A DNA stretch of 64,000 bases from Octopus sinensis (taxonomy: Eukaryota). The notes under the pieces were generated by a model. The model searched no databases. It was not told the DNA's origin and saw only the letters and a program-made list of their open reading frames with translations. The translations under genes were made by a program, and so were the position numbers. The stretch covers positions 60,636,001 to 60,700,000 of the forward strand of contig NC_043003.1 in the NCBI RefSeq assembly GCF_006345805.1, written 5' to 3'. Below, one piece after another: positions 37,873 to 51,774 of this stretch. How positions within the stretch are numbered: position 1 is the stretch's first letter; each line of letters begins with the position of its first letter.

Positions 37873-40800
37873 AAAAAAAAACTCTTGTCTTTATCATTGA
37901 GTTAGTTTATCTCAAAATCAGTACCGAACGACCTGAAGGAATATGAGCAATCGCAACCATCCCGCTCATCAGAAAGTTTATAGTGTCTACTACATACGGC
38001 AACGAATGACAGAATCGTTATCAAACATAACAAAATGCTTAGCGGCATTTCGTCGGTCTTTACGTTCTGAGTTCAAATTTTCATTCTTCATCTTTCATCC
38101 TTCATCCTTCCAGCATCGATAAAATAAGAACCAGTTGAGCACTGGGGCTGGTGTAACCGACTTAACACCTCCACCTCACCCCCGAAATTCCCAGCAATTG
38201 CGCTCGACAGTTTGGCCGATAACCGATGAGTAATTGGTGACCTGGGTTTGTTCATTAAATGCATTCAGCTCATTTAATATGTTTTTCCGTTCATTTGTTT
38301 ACTACTATACGTGTTTGACTACTGAAAAAAAAACATAATGTATATGCGTAAGTGTGTGTGTGTGTGTGCGTGTGCGTGCGTGTGTATTGATTCTAGGTAT
38401 TCAGTTTCCGTACATAACGCAACCCATAGTTTCGAAATATTTTAAGCTCCAATAAACCCATATGGCTGGAATATTTTCAGCGTTTTGAACTAGTTAATCA
38501 TAATACATCACTAAAAATATTCTGCCAAAACAGATAACTTCTTTCCTCATATGTTTACATTTTACAAACCCCTTTTTATTTTATTTTTATTTTATTTTAT
38601 TTTATTCTATTCCATTTTTATTTCTTGTTCAATATCTTCTCACATAACAAGAGAACGAATATTCGTAATCTAAACCAGACAGGAATAACCCGAAGAGCAA
38701 GATTTATCAAATGACCCGGTTCACGAGTAAGGGAAACTTTTAGACATGTTTTGAACGATAAGAACGTACGACCGAGCAGATAAGTTACAATTCTACTAAA
38801 TTGTGTAAGCAGCATCAGCAGCAGCAGTAGTAGTAGTAGTAATAGTAGTAGTAGGTGGTGGTGGTGGTGGTGTTGTTGGTGGTGGTGGTGTTGAAGTTGT
38901 TGTTATTATTGTTCACTCTCTGGTCGAGATCTGTTCAAGTAGATTAATGGTGAAATGCTGTTCCAGTTGTGACCGTCTTATATTTTAATATCAGAACCTG
39001 TATAATTTAATGTCTGCTTCTTTTATTAAACCGTATGGTATATTTGAGGGTATTTGGCTGCTATTCCTAACAGCAATTTCTAATGACCACATGAAGGCCC
39101 CACCTCCATCGTGGTCGCCGTCATCGTCATCATTATTACCGTAGGAGAAGGAGGAGGAGGAAGAGGAAAATTAGCAGCAACATTAACTGTAGCTGCAGCA
39201 GTAGCAGCAACAGCAGTAGCATTGGAGGCGCAATGGCGCAGTGGTTAGGGCAGCGGACTCGCAGTCGTAAGAACGCAGTTTCGGTTCCCAGACCGGACAT
39301 TGTGAGTATTTATTTAGCAAAACACCTAAGCTCCACGAGGCTCTGGCGGAGAGTGGTGATGAACCCCGCTGTACTCTTTCACCACAACTTTCTCTCACTC
39401 TTTCTTCCTACTTCTGCCACAAAGCAGAGGAGCCATGGTGTAACACACTATGGTGTGGTAAACTTTCAAACTCTAGTCTAGATTGTGAATCCTTTGTACA
39501 CCAGGATGGTTTAGCTCTCCACCCGTTAAAAGCCACCGTTTACAGAATGAGGATAACAACGTAGCTTTCGCGCCCATGCAACCGCCAGTCTATCGCGTGT
39601 GGTGGGTGGATCTTCAAGTTGCCAGACGCATTCTTGTTATCTCGTGCACTACTGTGTGTGTCTCTTCAATAACCTATTTCTTTACTACCCACAAGGGGCT
39701 AAACACAGAGAGGACAAACAAGGACAGACAAACGGATTAAGTCGATCATATCGACCCCAGTGCGTAACTGGTACTTATTTAATCGACTCCGAAAAGATGA
39801 AAGGCAAATTTGAACTCAGAACGTAACGGCAGATGAAATACCACTAAGCATTTCGCCCGGCCTGCTAACGATTCTGCCAGCTCGCCGCCTTAAATTAAAT
39901 AATGGTTTCAAATTTTTGCAACAAGGGCAGCTTACGGGAGGGGATTAAGTCGATTACAACGATCTCAATGCGTAACTGGTACTTATTTTATCGACCACCG
40001 CAGAATTTGAACTCAGAACGTAGCGGCAGACGAAATACCACTAAGCATTCCGCCCGGCATGCAAACGATTCTGCCAGCTTGCTGCCTTTACGTGTATCTA
40101 ATAATGTAGTGCATAAGTACAATACATTTAAAACGTGCTGAAAAATATTGGTTTCAAATTGTGGCACAAGGCCAGCAATTTCGGGGAGGGCTTAACTCGA
40201 TTACATCAACCCACAGTGTTCAACTGGTACTTATTTTATCGATGCGGAAAGGATGAAAAGTAACGTCGACCTCGGCGGTATTTGAACTCAGAACGTAAAG
40301 CGGGCGAAATACCGCTTAGCATTTTGCTCGACGTGCTAACGCTTCAGCCACCTCACCACTTTGCATGTATGTATGTCTTATAATGTAATGCAGATGCAGA
40401 AGTACTATAAAATTGCTGAAAATAATGTGTAAATAAATTGTAGGGTTAGCATATCCGTAGCTCGCCGTCGTGATCGCGTGTGTGTGTAAATCTGTAATGC
40501 TTTATACACAACAAGCGAAAACGAAGCTATCTTTCCAATTGTTATATTGAAGCAGTGATTCGCTTTCGATCCCCATTTGTGGTGAGTTCATAATTACCAC
40601 TAATATTCCTAAGAAAATTATGAACTCTTCAAATATGGATTCTAAACACCTCTAATATTATTAAAGACGGCAGGAATTAGACAAAAACCGTTTTGAATTT
40701 GGAACCTTTCACTTAAACAAAAGGTATTATAATTATAACTTTTAACAAACAAAAGTTTTATCACAGAAGAATATCGTTAAATAAAAACGTAATAATCTTT

Positions 40801-41304
40801 AATAAATTTTGAGAATACACTCTTCATTTTCCGTTTTTGTTTATTTCTTTTCTTTTCTCTCCCCTTTCTCCTTGTTAAATTACGAACTCATCATCATTTT
40901 AAAGTAATATCAGCTAATTCTTTCATTTTTAAGCTATCAGCTTACGTGTGTTTTCCCGCAGAGTATATATCGACTAAGAAAATTGCACCCAATCACAAGT
41001 TCCCGAGGAAAATCAAATAAGAAACGTGTCATCATCGTGTTTCTCAAAGATAAATGTAATCAAGGGAATTGAGATATTGTGAACAATTGATACATTATGA
41101 TAAATCCACGAAGGAAATTTCAATCTCAGCTTTATTCCAGCGCAGGTGTAGCATAGCACTCTCAGATATTCATTATCAGTTCACTTCCAAACTATTTCTT
41201 TTAACCAGAATCATAAATTGGATTAGGCATTACCCACTGTTCACCAACAGCTCACCCACTGCTATCAAGCAATATTATTTTTATATATTTGTATGTATTG
41301 ATCG

Positions 41305-41354
<50 letters not shown>

Positions 41355-42379
41355 GTATGTATGTATATATGTATTTGTTACTTTTCTTTCTGTTTCTCTG
41401 TTAGAATTTTTTTTTTCCATCATTATTAAAATTTTCTTTCAAACTGTTCGAGTTTCGAGTCTTCGAGAACAAGTATTTTCTTTACGGGCAAATTTCTAAA
41501 ATATCTTTCATTTCTAACTGTAAGAGATTATTTCTGATGAGCTGCATTCCTGCTAGGAAATAAAAAGGCAGACGTTCTTCTTCTTCTTTTATCTCTTCTT
41601 TTCTTCTTTCTTTTTTCTTTTTTTTTTTTTGGTACTTAGTTTGGTTTAATGTTGGAATGGTGATTGTGAGTGGGGTGGAAGGAGGAAATAAGATAAATTG
41701 CAGAATACAGCGGAAAGAGGAAAATACAATGCTGATTGGAAAGAGCTGATGAGGACAGAAGAAGCAACTTTGATAAAGAGAGTATGATAGTAGAGAGTGA
41801 GAGAGATAACGAGAGACAGTGGAGAGGGAGAAAGAGAGAAAGTCGAAGGGAATGAGAGAGACAGGCAAAAGAGGTTGAGATAGATAGTGAGATGAAAGAT
41901 AACAAAATACACAGGGAGAGAGAGAGATGGGGGAGGGAGAAAGAGAGAGAGGGAGAGAGAGAGTAAGAAAGCAATAAAGGGCTACAGAAAGATGCAGAAA
42001 GAGAACAGTGAAATGGAAATACTAGAATAGTTAAAGAAATTTAACTATACATTTATTACTATAACTAATACTAATTGTTTATAACTACCATTGAGTTTAT
42101 TTTTAATAGCAATACATAATGATGTGCGTTGTATGTATGTCTGTGTGTGAGTGTATGAGTGCGAGAAGTGTGTAAGTGTGTGTGTGTGTGAGTGTATGTG
42201 CATTTAAAGTGATCTTAAAGGTAAAGGTTGATTCAGACAATATATAGATGTTTATAATTAGCTAAATTTATTGTATCGCATCAGAATTCGAAGTTTGAAC
42301 ATTCAATGACACATCTGGTAATGCTCCATGTAGAATGTTATAGATCGCTAAATTCCTAGGTATAGCAAGAAAGAGTAAG

Positions 42380-42700
42380 TGGAATTCCTGCTAATATATA
42401 CTGTTACCTCATTAGGTATTTTCTACAGGGATACTATTTACCTGCAGTAAAGTCTAATATAGCAACCAAGACGTTTACTGTAGTTAGAGTGGTGATAGTA
42501 GTAATTCTGAAACCGAAATCATTGAAGATTTCTCTTTCTTCCAAAATCTATTTGTTATGTTAGCGTTCAGACTACTTAAAATTTTCAGCTCATCGTCTCT
42601 GTACATGCCGAAGCTGTTTTCTTTGTGAAGGTGTCCAATGTAATCTTCGAGTGCATCTACTTTCAAAACTCCCCATTGGAACGTTAATACGGGGTTACTT
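42380..42700 (-). mobile_element. Old Penelope-like RT remnant (second family)
   Basis: FGMYRDDELKI (RT YxDD motif) and downstream LDFTAGK*YP.RK.PNEVTVYISRNS. Confidence 0.55.
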
Positions 42701-45293
42701 TTCTCTTTGACCCAACAGTTCTCCTCGTAACTAATTTAATACTAAGGTAGTTCATCTTAGTGAATTGTTTCCTGAAGCGAAGAGATTTGAGTGAGCAGCA
42801 TCTCAGTATGAAAGTAAAATGTTTGATGTCAAACTAAGTAAATTTACGAGCTAGTTTGTAGAACCAGTTAAAAATGGTAGAACAACGGAGCTGTAGTTCT
42901 CGTCGATTAATCCTGTAGCTCTTATATTAAACAATGATATTGGAGATATGCATATGTAATATGCTCATCTTATTTTAGAAGTTATAATAAGTATTGAAAA
43001 AGAAATGAGATTTGTTATCCATATGACGATGTGAAGAGGTTGCATGGCGAGGCGATCAACTTTGCTGTTTTTAACAGAACGAATATCATTCGCTTTATCG
43101 TAGTAAGAGACGAAATAAGTTTTTCTTGTATTACTGTTGTTGTTGCTGTTATTGTTGTTGTTGTTGTTGTTGTTAAGCAACAAGATGGGTAAGGGTGATT
43201 AGGTGATGGTCTAGGGCTTAGGGGCGGGAGACCCCAGACCTTGGAAAAAAAACTTTGGTCGTCTTGTTGTAGTCGAGGGCTCTTCGTTGACGCCCGACAC
43301 CACTTGGAGATGGCCCTCGAAGTCGCTGGAAATGGAGATCTCCAGGTCCAAATTCTTGAACGGCTGCTGTTGCTGTTGTATAGGAAACTAATAAGCGGAG
43401 AGAAAATAGCATGATTTATTCACCATTTTGCTCAGATGTCGCCATATCTAGAAACATTTATCCCTAATTATGTAACACCTCCCATGCGCATGTAGATGCT
43501 ACAAGCATGTTACATGCATAATGATAAAGTAAGTTACTTTTGCATTGCTAACATCCAACATTGTACGATACAACCGACAAAATCGAAAACCACGCACGTT
43601 CCTCTCAAAGACCAGCATACTGTTACTAAATTAGAACACCTCTACACTGATTAGACTGAGCCTTCGCAATACAGGACCCTATGGAATGATTCTCATCCCA
43701 CTTGATGGTACATCGAGGAAATACATAGACTCCAAAGGAATGTTTATTTATGTGAACTCTTCTAGGTCCAAGAAGAAAAATCCAAGAACCTACTTGCCAC
43801 ATTTTATTTGAGTAACTGAGACCAGAGTGTGACATGGAACATTCTTGATAAGTTCCCTTCATACTTACTCAAAGATCACCACAGTATTCTTTAGCAAGAA
43901 AACTGAATTACAATTATGCTATTCTCTGTGGTTGTCTTCTTACCTCCAGACAATAAACATGTCTTTTTCCTTAGTGGTTTATCAACTTCGTATAAGCCTT
44001 CATAATTAAGTTTTTCATCCCTACTCGAGCGGAGCTGGTCTTCATTGTCACTTCGTTATCATGAAACGTTCCCTAGAAGCCGAAATTATATATTTAATAA
44101 ATCAAAACCTTATGTTATCATAATACTGCGCCACCAGTCACAATATTTTGGCTTCTGTAAATTCTGTAAATTCTGTCTTCTCTGTAATTCTGAACTATTT
44201 TTCATTATTTTTTCTAAATCCCCTAGTAAACACAGTTATAGAGCATGCATACCGATGTAAACATTGGCAAAAACACACCTTTAGTTCATGTAAGTAATCT
44301 CTATCATTATATATAATTTTAACATTAATTTTCTTTTTATATTTAACATTCACTAAAAATATATCCCTCCTCTTTCTATAGGCTACTTCTGACGTTGTAT
44401 CATATAACGTTTTTTCACTCAATATTAATAGCGTTCAGTAAATCACTATGCATATCCATCATTTTCTGTTAAAATGTCTTATTGACGAGTTTCATTTCTT
44501 CACTTCCCTGCAGAGAAGATTATATTGTTTTACACCATTTATTCCTTTTGAATAATATCAGTGAAATCTTCGAAACATATATCGGAAGTAAAAATATTTG
44601 AATTATACCTGCGTTAAACTCCATTTATTTATTTCTATATTATACAAAAAATTCCACGTAAACCCGAAGTTTCTACCTTTAAAACAAAGAGTTACAGCCT
44701 CTTTACTAGTGTGATTTTTTGCTACTCTGGTAACTATTTATCTATTTGTCCGTGTTAATTGTTAACAAGGGCTAATGCACTCATCTCTCTCTCTATATAT
44801 ATATATATATGTATATGACTGATGTGTGTGTGAGAGAGAGGGGGATAGTGAGAGTGTGTTTGTGTGTGTGTGTGGAGAGCGAGAGAGAGAGAGAGAGAGA
44901 CAGTGATAAGATGTTTAAGGATATTATCGACAGCTGTTAGCTTTCGTTGTTGAAAACATTCTAGAGTTATATTGGTTGGAACAGATATATATATTTGTAT
45001 GTGTGTGTGTAGATACATACCACACACATTCATACATACATAAATAACTGTTTCATATGTTATCATTGATTTCACCTTTTAGATAATTGTGTCCAATAGT
45101 TTGTTTAAATGCAATCTTGTAACCTGAATTTACCGAATGCGCCTTGAATTGGGAAAGAATAAGTAATTAATTTTGTATTTCGTGATGAACAGACAATTTG
45201 ATCACCTCTAAAATGTGAGCATTTTATCGTGTAACAAATATCCACTAAGTTTAGGTTTCAAGGGATTTCAATTTCTTACTAAATATCAAACAG

Positions 45294-45328
45294 GATTGTA
45301 TACAGTTCTGCTCTCATCTTGATCGCAG
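45294..45328 (+). other. Candidate 35-nt upstream (5'UTR or coding) micro-exon of the Met-like gene
   Basis: Branch-like actaa, acceptor aaacag|G and a perfect donor CAG|GTAAGT. No ATG. Confidence 0.35.
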
Positions 45329-46932
45329 GTAAGTTATAATCTTCAATATGCTATTAGTAATAAAGACGGCGAGCTGCCCGAGTCGTTAGCACGTCGGGCA
45401 AAATGTTTATCGACAATACGTCCGTCCTTTCGTTCTGAGTTCAGAAGCCATGGAGTACGTCTCAGCCTTTCATGCTTTTGGGTTGATATGTACCAGTTGA
45501 GTACTGGGGTCGATGTAATCGACTTACCGTCTCCCCGAAATTGCTGGCTTTGAGCCAGAATTTGAAATCAATATTTTATCAGTAATTCGTTTATTTAGAG
45601 GTGTCTTTGGTGGTGATGTGTGGAACTTACGATCGCAAGATCGTAGTTTTGAATACAGAAAAGAACGGTACGTCCTATTCTTGACCATAACACTTCATTT
45701 CACGTTGTTGTAGTCCATCTCAGCTGTAAGTGAGTAACTTTGCAAGTGACTGGCCGTCCTGTCCAGAAGGATGCTGTGATATCGGTCATTTATGCGTCGT
45801 GGGAATCGGAAAATTGGCCCAATGATTCATAGGTCTCTGGACAGTAAAAATGTTGCTGGTGATATCGTATGGGCCATGACAAGAGCGGGAGTATTTGCAT
45901 AGTAGCTCCCGGAATATAGGAAGACTTAGAATTCAATACATTTGTGTACTAACAGAACACTTGGTTTCTTAATACACCATGAAGATACACGGTTCAAGGC
46001 AGCAATAATTATATACTAGGGGCTGGTGGAAAGTTCCTGACTTTAAAGGTATTGCGAAAGGCCTGGTTGGGAGCAAAAACTTCCAAGTTCTTTAATAGAG
46101 CCTAGAAAAACTGAAGGAGCGCTGCAATAGGTGTATGAATTTGAGAGGGAAATATGCTAAACAAAAATTATAATCAACTGGTTCTCCTGTATTTCCTTTT
46201 GCCCAAAGCCAAGAACTTTTCTTTTCCCTTCGAGGATTTATCTCTAATTAGGGGTTTGAGTTGTTTACTGCTCTTTCTAGCGCAAGGCTTTCCTATGATG
46301 GAAGCCTCTTAATGTGTTTTAATGTACACGATATTATATATATATATATATATGTATATAATAGGAGGATCAAACGTTTTACCCGAGCTATAGACTCATA
46401 AATCGTTTTTTGGGGGGGATTTTGTAGTGTATATATGTAATATTTGTATTAAATTTTATTTGTTCTATATTAGTGATTCCTTTCGTCGCTTCTCCACGTT
46501 TCTTACGTTAAAGAAAATTATTTAAGTAGCTTGTCGTCTTATCGTCTAATGTATTGCATATAGAGAGAAATCCTCAGAAGAAACAGACGGTTTTATTGCT
46601 TTGATGAACTAATACATCAATCAGTCTATCTATGTGTCTATCTGTCTGTCTGTCTGTCTGTCTCTCTCCCTCCCTCTCTCTCTCTCTATCTATCTATCGA
46701 TCTATCTAGCTAGCTATCTACAATTCACCAGCTGTTAATCCCTACACATTTCTTCCCTCTCCTTTTTTTTCATTACCTTTCCTTTCTTTTTCTTCCTCTT
46801 AATCCTTTCTGTCGAAGAGTGTAGGCTCGAAACGTCAACGACTTCTCCGTTCTTCTTCCCGAGTGTTAAACTAATCACCTGCTTGCTGCTCCTACACCTG
46901 TCTTCCTTTTTCGTTTTTTTGTAAATTTGAAC

Positions 46933-46981
<49 letters not shown>

Positions 46982-47023
46982 CATATATATAATATTATAA
47001 ATATATTATATATATATTATATA

Positions 47024-47605
47024 ATTGTATATCCAAGGAAATACTGGTTCAATACCTAATATTTTGGTGGGAGGTTAATACCCATAAAATAATAAGTTTA
47101 TATATAAACCACGGTTTATAATCAGGCAAATGAAGAATAAGAAAATGAAGATATTGGAGTTAATAAGAGTTTATTATCAGCAAAAAATCGATCATTATCC
47201 CTTGTAGCTTAGTGAAGTTAAATGAGTATTAAAATCATGTTTCTGAGCTAAATCTCATCAGAGGTAGAAAAAATATACACTTAGATATTTTGTGACTGCC
47301 GTGATGATTAAAAAAACTAACACAAAATATCTAAGGTTATATTTTTTTTATCTCTCTGAAGAGATGAAGCTCAGATATATGATTTTAATACTTATTTAAC
47401 TTCACTAAGCTGTAAGGGATAATGATGGAGGTTTTTTTAATTTTTGCTGATAATAAACACTTATTAACTTCAATATCTTCATTTTCTTATTCTTCACTTG
47501 CATGATTTATAAACCATGGTTTATATATAACTCTATCATTTTATGAGTATTAACCTCCCCACAAAATATTAGGCATTGAGTCAGTATTTCCTTGGCATAT
47601 ACAAT
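47024..47605. mobile_element. Foldback element with about 270-bp imperfect inverted arms
   Basis: attgtatatccaaggaaatactgg... pairs with ...cagtatttccttggcatatacaat around a spacer of about 26 nt. A partial inverted copy lies at about 48400-48630. Confidence 0.8.
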
Positions 47606-48633
47606 CCCTTTATGAGGCCAATATAATCTATATTTGAATTATATATATATATATATATAAACACACACACAAACATATATATATATATATATTATTTATT
47701 TATGCGCCCTTTTCAAGCCTAGCCAGGCTCATGGGCCCGGCTTCCTGGTTTCTGTGGCGTATGTGTTCCCCCCAGCTGGTCGAGATGCTAGTCTATCGCA
47801 GCGTTACCCAAGAAACAGGAAGAAAGAATGAGAGAAAGTTAGGGCGAAAGAGTACAAGGGTCGCCACCACCCCTTGCCGGAGCGTCGTGGAACTTTGGGT
47901 CTTTTCGCTCAATAAACATACACAACGCCCGGTTTGGGAATCGAAACCGCGATACTCCGATCGTGAGTCCGCTGCCCTAACCACTGGGCCATTTTGCCTC
48001 CACATATACATGTATAGTCCAAATTTATTTAAAAAATAATAAAAGACGAAGACAGGTGTAGGAACAGCAATCAGGTGTATTAGTTAAACATTCGTAAAGG
48101 ACGGAAAAGTCATTGACGTTTCTAATAGCCTACATTCTTCCACGGAAAGGATTAAGAGTAAGTAATAAAAAAAATACGGAGTGGGAATGAAAAAAAAGAG
48201 AGATAGAATATGTGTAAGGATTAACAGTTGGTGAATTGTAGCTTGCTAGCTAGATAGATTTATTAGTTCATCAAAGCAATAAAATCCGCCTGTTTCTTCT
48301 GACAGTTTCTCGCTACGTGCAATATATTAGACGATCATACAACGAACTAATTAAATCATTTTCTTTAACGTCCAGGGGATCGAACAGTGTAAGAAACTTG
48401 GAGAGGGAGAAAAATATACCCTTGGATATTTTGTGTGTTAGTATTTTGAATCATAACGGCAGACACAAAAATATCTAAGAGTATATCTTTTTCTCCCCCT
48501 GAAGAGATTAAGCTCTGAAATATGATTTTAATACTTGTTTAACTTCACTAAGCTTAACTGAAAAAAATGATCGATTTTATGTTGATAATAAACATTATTA
48601 ACTTCAATATCCCTTTTCTTATTCTTCAGTTAT

Positions 48634-48678
<45 letters not shown>

Positions 48679-48927
48679 TATAATGTTTATATATATATAT
48701 ATATAGATATAATATGTTATATATTATATTATATATATATATATGTTTATATATATATATATATTATATAATATATAATAATATATGTTTATATATATTA
48801 TATATATATATATAATTATATTATATATATTATATATACTGGCACTACACCGGCTTGGCTGCATGTCACACTTCCTGTGCCTTTTTCAGTTATGTATATA
48901 TATATTATATATATGCATATATATATA

Positions 48928-48973
<46 letters not shown>

Positions 48974-49789
48974 TATATATAATATATATATACATAACTG
49001 AAAAAGGCACAAGGAAGTGTGACATGCAGCCAAAGCCGGTGTCAGTGGTAAGGTCCACAATCCACTCCAGTGCCAGTATAATAAGGCACGGAGACCCGAA
49101 CTCGGGATTGCAGGTACGAACCAAGTCATAGAAAGATATAATAAACAGAAGACATGTGATATTCAAAGCTTCGTAGGACATTCGCTCTTCTCAGAAAAAT
49201 GTCGAAATAATTACAAAGCAAATAGATATTATGCAATCATGCATTTCATTTCGTCAGTGTCCAGCTATACTTCGGCATTTTGTAGAAGCGAGCGTATATC
49301 CTAAAACACTTGTTTTCTGCTCATTATTTGTTTACACACACACACACACACACTCACAACACACACACACACACATTCGTATAGTTATATATATACATAC
49401 ACATATGTGTATGTATATGTATGTGTGTGTATTTATAACTCGACTTCATCGAATTAGTTTATAAAAGGCGCCAACAACATTTTTTATTAGTCAATTTAAT
49501 ATCATTGCCACTTTTCTGCTATATTCTTAATCATGTTAAGTCAATTTTTATATATTCCTTCAGCATCTACCAATTTAGATAAAATTGATACTTAAGTCAT
49601 TATATGTTTTCACCAATAAATATTCATAAGTTTCTAAAAGAAATTTGTCATATAATGAGAATAATGCAGTCATTTGTCTGTTGGCAAGAATTCAAGTCTC
49701 TTGATGTTTATATCAAATATTGTTTCTACATTTAACAAACTATAATATATCTTGTTAATTTAACAGAATTTCTAAAATTTTCAGAAAAT

Positions 49790-49881
49790 ATGAGCCAGTC
49801 AAATGAAGTGAATGAAATACTTCTGGGCACAAATTATCTATCATTAAAACCTAAATCGACAAACGGGTTTATCAATAAAAG
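49790..49881 (+). CDS. First recognisable coding exon of Met-like bHLH-PAS gene (MSQSNEVNEILLGTNYLSLKPKSTNGFINK-R)
   Basis: ATG at 49790 follows candidate acceptors ending 49766 and 49784. The exon ends AAAAG|GTAAGA in phase 2, matching the phase-2 acceptor of the bHLH exon and restoring Arg (AG|G). Confidence 0.7.
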
Positions 49882-51446
49882 GTAAGAAAATTCACATTTG
49901 GCTTCCACTCAATTTCTCTAGTCAAAACCAACACATCTATAAATCTACAATACAATTATTTAGCTTATATATGCTTGAGGAAATTTACCTCAAATAACAG
50001 CGCAACATTTTAAAATATGTGTAGGCACATTAAAAAAAACCCAGCTTAGATTTTATCTGAAAATAAGATAGCGTGTTCACAGTTGGAGCATCTTTGACTA
50101 TAAATCTGCTTCATAAGGGCTGACATAGAAGGATAAACAAAAACAAGTAAAATAAGACAACAGAATAGATGATGCTCAGTTGCAAACAGGCTGAGGTCGG
50201 TGGCGTATATATATATATTTTTAAATATATAAATACAGAAGTTCATAAGCATGAAGGTCAAATTAATTCCAAGCATCTTTGTTGTGTGTTTCGGCAATAC
50301 CCTTCCTTCTAAATGTCTTATTTCATTTAGTTACGTGGACCAGATTCCCAGTTTACATGCAAGGTGGCGAGCTGGCAGAATCGTTAGCACGCCGGGCGAA
50401 ATGTTTAGCGGTATTTCGTCAGCCGCTACGTTCTGAGTTCAAATTCTGCCGAGGTCGACTTTGCCTTTCATCCTTTCGGGGTCGATTAAATAAGTACCAG
50501 TTACGCACTGGTTTCGATGTAATCGACTTAGTCCCTTTGTCTGTCCTTGTTTGTCCCCTCTGTGTTTCGCCCCTTGTGGGCAGTAAAGAAATAGGTATTT
50601 CGTCTGCCGTTACGTTCTGAGTTCAAATTCCGCGTAAAGAAATATGTATTTCGTCTATCTTTACGTTCTGAGTTCAAGTTCCGCCGAGGTCGACTTTGTC
50701 TTTCATCCTTTCGGGGTGGATAAACTAAGTACCAGTTGTGTACTGGGTCGGGCTAATCGACTGGCCCCTCCCCAAAATTTCGGGCCTTGTCCCTAGAGTA
50801 GAAAAGAATATTATATGCAATAACAAAGTCGGCGAACTGACAGAGACGTTAGCACGCCGGGCAAAATGCTTAGCGGTATTTCGTTTGTCTTTACGTTCTG
50901 AGTTCAAATTCCGTCGAGGTCGACTTTGCCTTTCATCCTTTCGTAGTCGATAAATTAAGTATCAGTTGCGTACTGGGATCGATCTAATCGAATAGCCCTC
51001 TCCGCAAAAATTTCGAGCCTTGTGCCTACAGTAGAAAAGAATATCATATGAAATAACATAAGGTGAACCAAACAAATTGTTTGGTGGCGTTTCTTCGTGT
51101 TTTAGTTAATTACTTCGAATGCCGTCGCAGATGACTTTGCCTTCCATCCTTTCATGGTCAATAAAATAAACTACCTGGGGTCGTTGTAATGGACGTTCAC
51201 ACCATCACCACACCACAAAATTGTTGACCTTGTAACAAAATTAGAAAGAAACTATATAAGCGATATTCTGGTAATTTACTAACCAGAGATTTTTCCTTTT
51301 TTAGAATAGCGTTGTACCAAAATGAGGCAACGGCCCCGAGAAGCACTAAACTATTATTGAAATATGAAGAGAAAACGGAAACTTCGTGCAATACATGTGT
51401 GTGTGTGTGTGTGAGTGTGTGTATATATATGTATATACTCTTTAAT

Positions 51447-51479
<33 letters not shown>

Positions 51480-51719
51480 GTATATACTTTTTTACTCTTC
51501 TACTTGTTACAGTCATTTTACTGTGGCCATGCTGGAGCATCGCCTTTAGTCGAGCAAATCGACCCTAGGACTTATTCTTTGTAAGCCTAGTACTTATTCT
51601 ATCGGTCTCTTTTGCAGAACCGCTAAGCTACAGGGACGTAAACACACCAGCATCGGTTGTCAAGTGATGCTGGGGGGACAAACACCGACACACAACCCCG
51701 CCCCCCACACACTCATATA

Positions 51720-51774
<55 letters not shown>

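Noticed and set aside
41534-41560. ctgatgagc...gaaa as a hammerhead; similarly tcatcag near 2427 and ctgatga at 57798 and 15309
   Set aside because: Stems II and I, or the GAAA, do not form.
47230-47380. CTGA(T/A)GA...GAAA motifs in the foldback arms as hammerheads
   Set aside because: No GUH/NUH triplet and no stem I closure.
49165-49210. Minus-strand degenerate hammerhead (ctgagaagagcg...acgaagctt)
   Set aside because: Two core positions are altered; at most a decayed PLE relic.
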